This document shows positions 20,882-31,600 of a stretch of DNA of 63,556 nucleotides, one piece after another. A model generated the notes under the pieces. The model saw only the letters and a program-made list of their open reading frames with translations. It was not told the DNA's origin and ran no database searches. Made by a program: the position numbers and the translations under genes. The stretch is taken from the IMG/VR virus record IMGVR_UViG_3300044632_001415; one strand, written 5' to 3'. The stretch comes from an uncultured virus (IMG/VR IMGVR_UViG_3300044632_001415) (lineage: Duplodnaviria; Heunggongvirae; Uroviricota; Caudoviricetes). How positions within the stretch are numbered: the stretch's first letter is position 1; each line of letters starts with the position of its first letter.

Positions 20882-22051
20882 TTAGTAAGCTGCTGCACCG
20901 ACTACGACTGCTGCACCAACAACATTCCCAGCTGCGTAGTATTCGGTAACAGAATTTGTAATTATATCTTTTAGAGGTAAATCTTTACCATTTGCAGTTA
21001 GACCACTAAAAGTTACTCCTCTAATTATATCAGAAGAAAGCTTTATTTGTCTCTCTAATTCAGATAAAGATACTGTATCTCCTATTGAAAGAGAATTTAA
21101 ATATCTTTTTACAAAGAGTGTAGACTGATTTAATAATCCCTGAATACCTGATTCAGAATTTCCAGTTGGAACAGTAATTGTATAGTTAACATTAATTATT
21201 ACTTTTTCGGCAATTCTTACATTAAATCTAATTCCAACGGGCTTCACACTTGTTATGGCTGTAAGTATTGATTCTGGAAGTGCTTTAAGGCCAGAAGATA
21301 CTTCTGGAACAACAATAACATCACATGAACCTATACCGTAAGTAGCTTGTCTAATTCGAACATCTCTGACACCTTTAACGGAAAGTGCTGCAAATCTTAC
21401 AGATTCTGCGGTACCGGGCAAACGTGTCTTCATTGAAGCTAATATTCTTCTGCGATAATTGTCATCAGATTCCGATGATATATTTGAGTACACTTCTTTT
21501 GGATTTGAGCAGCCGACAATAACTGTATTTGGTCCAATATAATTATGTTTAGTTAATGTATTTATCCCAGCAACGTACGAGTTGTCAGAAAAGTTTGGCT
21601 TTACAATTCCATATGCTTTTAGTGAACCGGTAGGAATGATGACGTCACCAGCAACTGCATAGCTATATTGTTTAGTAGTAAAGTTTGATACATCATTATA
21701 AACAAGTGTACCTCTAGGAATTATGACATCCCTGCTATGCTGTTTATTTATAAAAAATTCAATATTGTAAGTTTGTCTTTCTTGGGCAACGTAATCGGAA
21801 ACTGATTTTCTGGGAATGCCATAGAGATCACCTATTAAATCTAAATTTCTACCAGAAGCAGTTGTTAACCTACTTTGATTAACACTAAATCTAAAGGCTT
21901 CATATAAATCAGAAATTTCCGAACTAAATGCGTCTGCAAAAGCTTGAGCTATTGAGCCAGGGTAAGTTGCTGTAATACCTGCATTTTTTTCTAGATTTCT
22001 TAAAATTGAAGTTAATATTTCCGCTTTACTTTTGACGCCATATATGCTCAT
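20882..22051 (-). CDS. Baseplate J-like wedge protein
   Basis: TASGRNLDLIG...GIPR, IPRGT, ESDDNYRRRI, GT..SVRFAALSV.GV. Confidence 0.88.
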   Translation of the reverse strand: MSIYGVKSKAEILTSILRNLEKNAGITATYPGSIAQAFADAFSSEISDLYEAFRFSVNQSRLTTASGRNLDLIGDLYGIPRKSVSDYVAQERQTYNIEFFINKQHSRDVIIPRGTLVYNDVSNFTTKQYSYAVAGDVIIPTGSLKAYGIVKPNFSDNSYVAGINTLTKHNYIGPNTVIVGCSNPKEVYSNISSESDDNYRRRILASMKTRLPGTAESVRFAALSVKGVRDVRIRQATYGIGSCDVIVVPEVSSGLKALPESILTAITSVKPVGIRFNVRIAEKVIINVNYTITVPTGNSESGIQGLLNQSTLFVKRYLNSLSIGDTVSLSELERQIKLSSDIIRGVTFSGLTANGKDLPLKDIITNSVTEYYAAGNVVGAAVVVGAAAY

Positions 22052-22432
22052 TTAGGCTCCTAAATTCTGATTTATAGATAAGGTTATTGGTTGATTTGCA
22101 TCTGTCAGTATGTGTATGTCAAATCTAATTGTATCTTTACTCGTTGGAATAGCATCTATTTTTATATTTCTGCCTTTAAATAGACCTTCTCTCTGAAGGG
22201 CTGTTCTTATTAGTTTTTTGCCATACTCTCCTGTTTGCACTGTTTGAGGCATTCCGTATAGCAGCGAAAGATCTACACCTAAGTTTGGATAATTAATAAA
22301 ATCTCCTGGCTCAGTCATTAATCTTATATATATTTGCTGAACATCTGATTGTAGTGCAGATGTTGTTTTAGCAATGTCGTTTTTTCCATCGATTAATAAA
22401 TCACCAGTATATGTAAAATATAGGTCAGGCAT
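22052..22432 (-). CDS. gp25/GpW-like baseplate wedge (sheath initiator)
   Basis: GDL..., QQIYIRLMTEPGD...YPNLG..L..L.G; precedes baseplate J. Confidence 0.8.
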   Translation of the reverse strand: MPDLYFTYTGDLLIDGKNDIAKTTSALQSDVQQIYIRLMTEPGDFINYPNLGVDLSLLYGMPQTVQTGEYGKKLIRTALQREGLFKGRNIKIDAIPTSKDTIRFDIHILTDANQPITLSINQNLGA

Positions 22433-23081
22433 TGTTTTCCCTTAAAAATCTTTCAACTGCTTGATCAAATGATAGTCCTTCTTTTATGTATTTTACTATA
22501 GCTATGACTTGCAATCTAGAGTAACTGCTAAGATAAGCTTCAATAAGAGCTGATTGTTCTAAGGTTAAACCAGAAAAATCTAAATCAGAAGATAATTTTT
22601 GTTCAGAAATCTGTTGTGTACCTGAAAAACCATACTTACCTTCTATAGTAATTGGTTTCTGCAACTCTTCCTGTTCAAAAGCAGAAATACCATCTATATA
22701 ATGATAAATACCGTTTTGAGCGGAGTGGATCTGCTTATAGTTAATTTTTACTAAAGTTGGTTCCACATAAGAAGAGGCTGCATAATTGAAATTATAACTA
22801 TTCCATCTCAATCCATCATCTTTTGTAAAAAATCTTATTGAATCTGCGAAAAGCGAAATGCTTTTTGACCTAGTGCTTATAACTATGCCAACGCCAGGAG
22901 AGGCAAATATTTCTATGTCTCCCTGATCATTTAATCTAATAAAACTATTTAAATCTGGATGAGTAACACCAACTTCTCTATCAGAAAATTCTTTTCTTCT
23001 TTTTAATTCTGACTCAACAGGGTACATACCAGATTGAGTTTTAATTTTATTTAAAGTATCTAAAGTAGGATATTCTTCCAT
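22425..23081 (-). CDS. Spike-associated protein (gp5 C-terminal beta-strand-like)
   Basis: VTHP...SFIRLNDQGDIEIFA..GVGIVI short beta repeats; lies between OB-fold gene and gp25-like gene. Confidence 0.45.
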   Translation of the reverse strand: MEEYPTLDTLNKIKTQSGMYPVESELKRRKEFSDREVGVTHPDLNSFIRLNDQGDIEIFASPGVGIVISTRSKSISLFADSIRFFTKDDGLRWNSYNFNYAASSYVEPTLVKINYKQIHSAQNGIYHYIDGISAFEQEELQKPITIEGKYGFSGTQQISEQKLSSDLDFSGLTLEQSALIEAYLSSYSRLQVIAIVKYIKEGLSFDQAVERFLRENNA

Positions 23082-23449
23082 TAGTGCACCAAGAACCTTG
23101 GAATGCCACTTGTTACAACATAATCTCTGTTAAAATTTCTATTAATATTCCTATCATTATAATAACTGACTATATAAGGATTAGCCTCATTATTATCCCT
23201 AAATTGTACTAAACATCTTGTTCCTATTGTGGGCGATACTGACTGTATTCCATTATTTATAGGACAGGGCACTTTTGTTATTACGTTTCCTATACTAGAA
23301 GAGTTACCGGCTTCCAATACTATTGTTGCGGTATTACTTCTTTTATCATAGGAAGTTATAGTTCCTGGGCGTGTTTTAGCTTGTTGTATAATGGATGTGT
23401 TTATTTGATCTTGTATCTTTTTATCAAATTTTGGATAATTTACTGGCAT
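23081..23449 (-). CDS. Baseplate spike N-terminal OB-fold protein (gpV/gp5-like)
   Basis: G.I..YD....TA.I...VPCP...G.....P.IG.RCLV.F......PYI pattern. Confidence 0.65.
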   Translation of the reverse strand: MPVNYPKFDKKIQDQINTSIIQQAKTRPGTITSYDKRSNTATIVLEAGNSSSIGNVITKVPCPINNGIQSVSPTIGTRCLVQFRDNNEANPYIVSYYNDRNINRNFNRDYVVTSGIPRFLVH

Positions 23450-23458
23450 ATATACCTC

Positions 23459-25657
23459 CTATAGTGGAACAACTGAGTTCTCGGATCCGTCCCTATTAAA
23501 GACAACTCCATCTAACCAACGATCAATATATGGTACAGACCTTGACGTTGCACCATTGCCTTGAAATGAAAAGTAAGCTATTACCCAATCTGATAAATCT
23601 TTAGTAGCCAACTCTTTTGACTTTCCAGTCTTTCTCATATAAACATTTCTTGCGTCTTTAAATTTAGTTTTATATATAGGCCCTGCAACCGGAGCACCTC
23701 TTCCACGATAATCGCCCCAGGGCGTTAAAACATGGCGCATCTGTGGTGACTCGCCAAGTCTTCTTTCTAACGGAAATGGATAAGGAGCTATCTCGCCAAC
23801 CATAGCTGTGTACGCAATCCATGCCTGATTGATTGGATACCATAGCCTATCGTCAGATGATCCTTTAAAAGTTCCGTCTATTAAATCTTGCGGAAGTCCT
23901 AGAGATTTGTAGCTATTATATGTTTCTAGAACGTCTAACTTCCATTCTTCCCATGTATCAAACTTATCAAATTTATCAAATAGCTTATAACCTGCGATAA
24001 GAGTTGGCTGTGGGTGGGGTAATATATAAGCTACATTTCCGTGTGTTCCGAAAAAATTATTTTGCAGAAAGCCAATAGATAGATCGTTTCCGGTAAGATC
24101 AGCGTTTATAGTACCAACATTTCCTTCTCTTTGTGAAATTGCAGTTAAAATTGCTGCTAATTCTGGATAACATATATTGCTAAGTAAATCAAATATTTCA
24201 TTTGCAACTAACTCTCCAGAATTACTAGCTTGATATGAAGTTCTAAATTTTGGATTTGAAAGTGAAATTATATTAGGATTCCCCCCCCTTGGTGCCCGGG
24301 GTTGGTCTCCAAAGTCGCGATCATCCCCTGGAGGAGGCGGAGTATCATCCCCTGGAGGAGGCGGAGTATTTATTATGGTCCCTTGCAACTGACCATTTGG
24401 TCCTGAATATATTCCGGATCTTCCCTCTAAAAAAGATATATGAATATGATCCCTATGACTTCCTCCTAGGTCAGAATAAAATTGTGTGTATGGCACATTA
24501 GGATATTTCATTCTTATCTCAGAAGACGCTGGCTCAGTTCCATTTTCTCCAGAATCTATTCCATATTGTCGACCAATTTCATCACTTACTATTATCATAT
24601 CTGGTTGCAAAAATGTTGGACCTGTATTTATTGCTGACATTAAAAGCTCAAAAGCTTTTATGTATACTTGCTCATCACCAGCAGTTGCAGCTAAATTGTA
24701 AACTTCTTTTTGATCTTTTGTTCTTATTAAAGATATGTCTATTGCTCTACCAACTCTATGATTCGTTAATGAGCTACCATTAATTAAGGCAACACTCCAA
24801 TTTCTACCAGTTCCAAATCCACCATAAAAATCCAACTTTGAAGAAATATATATTAAAAATTCTATTAATGCTGGTGCTATATATGCTCTTTGTGAATTAT
24901 ATAAGATTATTTCATTTGATACTGGACCACCATTGTCTGCATACTTTAGATTCTTGCTTACGTACTCGTTGGGAATATCAAAATCCCATCCATTAGATAG
25001 TATTCCTCTATCTTGAGCACTAAAAGCATTTTCGTTAATAGTTGTTAGGTATTTTCCTCTCTCAACAATCCAACCTTTTTCTTCTTCAGTCATTTGAGAC
25101 GAAAGGGCAACCTCTCTCCGTCCACCAGATGGAGCTGATGGATCATATGTTCCAACAATTCCTGGATTATGAGAATGCCCATCTACATTAGTTCCATTTA
25201 GTGACTGTGATGCTGTTTGTGAATTAAATATATTTCTAATTATTGAACCACTAATATCATTATATCCAGCAGTTCCGATTAATTTTCCATCACCCAAAAC
25301 TCGTGCAAAAGCAGTTCCTCCAGATAGTGTAGAGTTTGCATTTCCGTCTTCTGGGTTTTTAATTACTATTGAGTTTGAACTACCAAATGCAGTTTCTCCA
25401 CCGCCAGTTAATAAACTTTCCAACGATGAAGAAACCCCTAACTGATTAAATTTAAGGACTGATCTAGGATTTCTATATAGGTTAAATCCAGAAGCAACAT
25501 CTTCAAAAACTGTAGAATGCAGTGTTCTATTTTGAACACCTTCAGTAGAATAGCTTGTATTTTTAACTAATTGATTTCCGCCAGGAAAATATTGTTTAAA
25601 TATACTATTTGTTATCGATCCAGTTGTCGACATTTCTGATCCATTTATAGCAACCAT
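23459..25657 (-). CDS. Tail-associated lysin: M15-like Zn peptidase plus lytic-transglycosylase-like domain
   Basis: NHRVGRAIDIS (H-x6-D) and HRDHIHIS (HxH) Zn-ligand pattern; AISQREG...DLSIGFLQNN lysozyme-like motif; Pro-rich linker. Confidence 0.65.
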   Translation of the reverse strand: MVAINGSEMSTTGSITNSIFKQYFPGGNQLVKNTSYSTEGVQNRTLHSTVFEDVASGFNLYRNPRSVLKFNQLGVSSSLESLLTGGGETAFGSSNSIVIKNPEDGNANSTLSGGTAFARVLGDGKLIGTAGYNDISGSIIRNIFNSQTASQSLNGTNVDGHSHNPGIVGTYDPSAPSGGRREVALSSQMTEEEKGWIVERGKYLTTINENAFSAQDRGILSNGWDFDIPNEYVSKNLKYADNGGPVSNEIILYNSQRAYIAPALIEFLIYISSKLDFYGGFGTGRNWSVALINGSSLTNHRVGRAIDISLIRTKDQKEVYNLAATAGDEQVYIKAFELLMSAINTGPTFLQPDMIIVSDEIGRQYGIDSGENGTEPASSEIRMKYPNVPYTQFYSDLGGSHRDHIHISFLEGRSGIYSGPNGQLQGTIINTPPPPGDDTPPPPGDDRDFGDQPRAPRGGNPNIISLSNPKFRTSYQASNSGELVANEIFDLLSNICYPELAAILTAISQREGNVGTINADLTGNDLSIGFLQNNFFGTHGNVAYILPHPQPTLIAGYKLFDKFDKFDTWEEWKLDVLETYNSYKSLGLPQDLIDGTFKGSSDDRLWYPINQAWIAYTAMVGEIAPYPFPLERRLGESPQMRHVLTPWGDYRGRGAPVAGPIYKTKFKDARNVYMRKTGKSKELATKDLSDWVIAYFSFQGNGATSRSVPYIDRWLDGVVFNRDGSENSVVPL
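24320..24367. repeat. Perfect 24-bp tandem duplication encoding TPPPPGDD x2
   Basis: atcatcccctggaggaggcggagt repeated twice. Confidence 0.95.
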
Positions 25658-25664
25658 AATTAAC

Positions 25665-28600
25665 CTACCTACTATTGCCCTGAACTTGATTTAATTGAGG
25701 AACAGATTCTGCCCCTGTTTGAACAGATTGTGACTCTCTTTGAAGATCTTTTACATAAACTTTTGCCAAGTTATTTACTACAAGCTCCCAATTTAATGTA
25801 TAGGGTTGACCATTTTGATAATATTCATCCCATGAAACTTGTGGCCACATTGATGTAATAATATATAATTCTTCAAGTATTTTCATATTAACCAAAACTC
25901 CTAGTGGTTTTAATAAACTAGGATTTGTAATACCATCTGCAATATAGGTAACCCACAATGGATCGGAAAGCTGTTCTACACCATCTACTCTACTAGAAGT
26001 ATAGTAATCAGGTGTATTAAGTTCATAAAGCGCATTGTATATTTCATTAAATTTTGTAAAGAATATAGAGCCACTATCAAAAGATGCCTTAAGCGATTCC
26101 TTGACATAATCTTCTGTAGTTGAATTAACTCCACCTGGCAGATATGTATCATTTTGATATTTTCTCACCGCAGAACGTGCTCTTTCTGCAACAAAAGATT
26201 TATGATTTTCTATATTTTCTGGTGGTACCGAGTGGAATATTGTTCCAATTGAACGATTAAATTGATCTTTTTCATATACGGAATCATTATTTCTTTCTGC
26301 TCCAGCTTCATAATCTGAATCTAGGATAGCAGTTGGACCTGTTCTTGTTGGATTAATTCTAACAATAAATATTTTATCACTCAAAGCTGTTCTTACATAT
26401 TCTTTTGCTGCACCGCCGGGTGTCGAAAGATCCAGGAATGATAGATTGCTATTGCTAGATGTATCTGGATAACCAATTTTTCCTTCAATTTGATTTGTTT
26501 CAGATGTGTTAATTCCATCAAATCTTACAGTAAAAACTGCTCCACTCAAGATGTCTTCAACATCAATTGTGTCACCGTCTTTAAAATCAGTAACCTTAAC
26601 TATTACTCTGTATTGTTGCTGCAAAGAAGCTTTTTCTGGACCAAGTCCAGACAGATTTAATACTCTTGCATGTATTAATGCGTTTTGATAGCCAGTATAT
26701 CTAACTAGATCTGATATTTCCGTTTCCTTCCAACCTAAACTTTGGAATAGATCATCCGATCTAACATAGGTGTAACCTTCTGCTGTTCTCACCTTTCTTC
26801 TTACGCCTAGTATTCCTGGAAGTAGAGCCTTACTGTGATGCATTCCTACTACCATTCCCTGATTATATGATAGACCCGCATCCATTGGTTGACCATTCTT
26901 ATTGAGATATTGGACATAGCATCCGTGTTGATCTAGTACATTATCTCTAACCCATTTCCAGCCACTCCAGGCAAGCTGTCCGACAATTGGTACAGTATTT
27001 GCAAAAGCTCCAAAGAATAGCGCTGGCAAACTGCCCGTGGTACCAGCTGCTGATCCTGCTCTTGCCGATATTTCATTATAAATTTGATCAGAGTTTTGTG
27101 CCAATTGATTAGCCATTGCGTCTTTTGCTAGCGCAGAAGAACCATGGGTAAATTGTATTCCACCGATTAATGAATCTGTTAGCGATTCACTAAGGGCATC
27201 AATTGATATATTTCCTCCAACTGTAAACCCAGCATTTCCGTCTCTTACTCTATCAAGAATAATTCTTGCTTGATTTCTAGTTGATTGAACATTCATCCAT
27301 GAATGAATCCATGATGTCATAAACCACTTTGCGGGATCATTGACACTTACTATCGCATTTGGGGTAATTGATGTTATGAATCCTAAGTCAGAAGTAAAAT
27401 GATGTACTACTTGTTCAACTTCAAATATGCCATACATTCTTTCGTATACGTCAGCGATATAAATCAAGTCGTGTGGTCTAATATCTCCATTTCCAAGTAT
27501 AATTAATTCACCTTGATAGATATCTTTTATAGATTCTTTCAGATGAGATAAAGCAATCCTTCTTGCAGTTAACTCATCGGGAGTACCTTGAATGTTTTTG
27601 GCAACACCTCTTATTGTTTCGAGTGGATGAAATAGTGGGTGTAAGAATCCTAAGAATCCTGATCCAACCATATTATCAAAATAAATACCACTTTCTACAG
27701 TTTTTTCCACTTGCCTTTCGGACGGTGCACCCTTATCTAATGCAACTGTAACAGGATATTTTCCGTCAGATACTGCTGTAACAACTGTAGATACATTGTT
27801 TAAGTTTTCTTGTATTTGATTTGAAATAATATGAGAAAATGAACTAATATAATGTATTCTTTGGAATGGTTCTCTAATCTCAATAACTGGTTCGCCATAC
27901 TCTCGAGTAAATGGATTATCTACTGCTCTAAGCAGTGAGCCTTCTTGCCCTAATGAATAATAAATTGAATCGTTTAAAACTTTATTTAGAATATGGGCTT
28001 GTTTTTTAAAGTTTCCAACTTCACCTAGGGCAAAACCTAATTGCTGCATAGATAACTGGAACATGGACATTAGTGCGCCTAGACCATCGCCAATCGCTGT
28101 AAATATTGGTCCTATATTGTCATTCCAGAAATCGGATACCCCATTTGCAATATCTCCAAAGATATTAGTAGTACTGCTACCTTCACCTCTAGTTGACACA
28201 AGTAGTTGCGTAAATTTAGCCCCATTACTTGATTTAGCTAATGCTGTATATGGATTAATAAATGCCCTGAACACTTTATCAACTGGCCTAAAGCTCCATT
28301 GCCCTTCGTCTTCTGCTCCAGTTTTTTTTCTGTCTGGCTTTAGAACAAGCCAAGCTCTACCATAGGCTTCTTCCCATAATCTTTGACGGAATAGTCCAAC
28401 TAAAATTAAAAACAGTTGTTTTGGGCTTGTTACTTTTTCTCTTAAAATTTGTTCTAAACTTTCATCATCTTCTAAACTTAAACTGAATTTGAATATATCT
28501 TGTATTGATTGACCAGAGAAAAACATTTCGCCAAAAGCTTTTAATGACCTAGTTATTGATGTATTAAAGTAATTAATTAATCCACCCTCGTCTAAGCCAG

Positions 28601-31600
28601 CGTCTATCCATCCTTTTCTAATATACTCTACCGCCTCTTCATATGCCCCTTTTGCTGTTAAGTTAGCTATTCCCATAAAACCTTCTTCCGTAGAAAGCGT
28701 TGGGTAATAATCAGATCCAAGTAAAATTGCAAATTCATCTATGGCATTGTTGTCTCCAGATTTTATAGATTTAAAATATTCAATTGGTTCTTCATTTGAT
28801 AATGAATTTGGATTTATTAATGTTTTTAGATATGCGGGGAATGGAGTGTCGTCATCAGCGTTTAGTCCAAAAGTATCAAAAAATATTTGCTTTACACTTT
28901 CGTAGGTATGATATCCAAACCTAAATTGATCCCAAATATCAGTAGCTTGATTTAGAGTTCTACCATCACCTGCTATTACGGAAACACTTGGATCATAATT
29001 CTCATCATAATATGATCTTGCTTTTATGCCGATTAAATCGGCTGGATCCCATGCTGGAGCAAAGGAAACTCTATTATTATTGTTTGAATTTCCATCAGTC
29101 GATGATTTTTCGGCGTCAAGTATCTCCCATAATTTTCTTCTTTCAAGAGTTTCATACTCTGCGTCTAAGACTGCTTGAAAATAGGTTTTGGCGTTTGTGT
29201 TCTTTAATATGTTGCCACCAAATTCATATCCTTCTATACTATCAACATATGTTGTTCCATATAGAGTCAAATTAGACAATGAGTTGTTTAACCCATAAAC
29301 TGCCCGACCTCCAGCACCTGGAGAAACAGATCCATCCTGACTAGGTATTATTTCAACTTTTTCTTGTGCAATTAATGCAGAATCTGCGTTATCGGAGGTG
29401 AATGTTCCAAATCCAATTGTATAATGGAAGTCATCATCTATATCTAGGCCATTTTTGTCTTTCAATTTAAAATTGATAGCTGGCGCTATAGAGGGTGACA
29501 CTACTCCTAGCGGAGTATTATCTGGCACAAAAGCGAATAGGCACTCTTGTGCAAGTGGTGTTACTCTGTATCCACTTGTAGCAAAGACTGCAAATATATC
29601 ATCAGTACCCATTTCTACATCACTAGAATCCGATGAAGCTCTTGTAATAATACCTAAATAAAAAGCTGCGTCTGGCGAAACTATTGCATCTACATTGAGG
29701 TCTGCATTTACGTCAGGTATGTCCCCTATTTCTTCTCCCCACAAAAAATAAGCTGGCCTACATATTACCGACCTTCTATTCACTGGGTTGTATACTAAAA
29801 TTTTTCTATTTTTATAGTCTTCAGCGCTTCCATACAAGTTTTCAAAACCATATTCTTCTTTAAACTTAGCCAATGTTGTGGTATCACCAGAACTTGTAGG
29901 GGGATTATATGGCCATCTCATGGCAATATAGAATTGCTCATCTTCTACGGTTTTTGGACTTCCCCATTCTTGATATGTCAGCTTACCAAATATTTCAGGA
30001 TCATATTCAAAGCTTAAATCTTCCTCATCTGCATTTGGCACTATTCCGCCAGCTGTTCCTATATTTGGCAGGGGCATTCTTATCAATTCAGTAGTCGCAT
30101 CTATTCCGTTAGCTAGACTACTTTCTATTGCAGCTTGATTTAAGTCAAAAAGATTAAGGATATTTTCATAATTTACACTACCCTCTGAAGGTATCAATGT
30201 TTGTTTTGTCTCAAGAAAAAAATTAAATTCATATGCGGCTAACTGCGCTAGATTGTTATATGAATCCTCATCAGGTGAATCATCGAACACCATATCTCCA
30301 AAGAGTTCATCTAGCTCACTGTTAATAGTCGAAGAGTTTTCTAGCAATTTTTTACTTGTTGCAATAAAATATGGGAATGAGTATCTTGGTGTTAGGTTGT
30401 TAATTTGTTTATGTACACTAAATATATCACCAATTCTTGCTGCCGTAGAACCGTTATTGTTTATATCAATTGGTAAGTGTAACCCAACGTTTGCAAAACC
30501 TTTTGTTACTGGAATTTTTGCAAGTATTACGTTTGGGCCTTCATCAGAGTATTGTGTACTTCTATATGTACTTGCTTGTTGTGAATAAAAGTTTAAGACT
30601 TTACCTGCAAGAGTTTGGCTTGGTGCATATATGCCAGTAGACTCTAATAAATCTACTGTTAGCATTTCTAGCGTTTCATCTGGTTCTGCTGCAGCAAAAA
30701 ATGCGGAGTAATCTGCGTAGGAGTTACTTTCTCTGTTAACTCTATCTAAGATACTAATAAGATCACTGTCGGCATTTCTTTCCTGTGGAAGTATAATACC
30801 TAATTCTTCAGCTTTTTCTTGACCAGGAAAACCCATTGTTACAGGAACTACACCAGATGTGTATAACCAGTGCGGCTTTCCGTAGAAAACTGTTGATCTA
30901 TCCTCGAATGGTCTTACAGCAACTATATAGTTTGGTAGTAATCTAGCGCATGTCTGAAAGATATCCCAAACAGTTCTCATATAGGTTTGCGCCCTAAATG
31001 ATACTTCATCAAATCCCTTTAAGTCATCATCTGGATTTTGGGAAATAATTCCTAAAGTTCTAAATAAATTTGTTCCGCCTCTACCAGATAATATACCTGT
31101 TAAACCTAGGCCAGTTAATAATGTTCCTGTCACAGGTCCACCAAAAGCTAAACCTACGCCCATTAGACCTAGAGACAAGCTGCCTCTTACAAAATTACCT
31201 CTTGCTGTTGATTGGATTAATTTGTTGTCTTCAACTAAATTTTCTATAGATAAATTGGAACCTGGTGTATTATTTTGACTTTCAATAACTAACCTATTCC
31301 ATGCAAAATCTGTTAAGCGTTTTGTATAACCTAATCTTTCATTTTGCATATCTGCCGGAACAAGAGAGGCTGCTGTAGACCAACCATCATCTAGGTCTCC
31401 TCCCAAGAACTGTGCCATTCCAGTTCCATTTCCTGGATATATATTTCTTTTGAATATTTCTAAGTCAACCTCAGATGCAAAGTTTGACCATAACTGCCAC
31501 ATAGCGCTTAGAGTATTTCCTCTATAGTTGAAGGAGAATCCTGAAGCTATACCTCCTGCGGCATTTAATGCGCCTCCTCCACTTCCAACGATAGTTGCCG

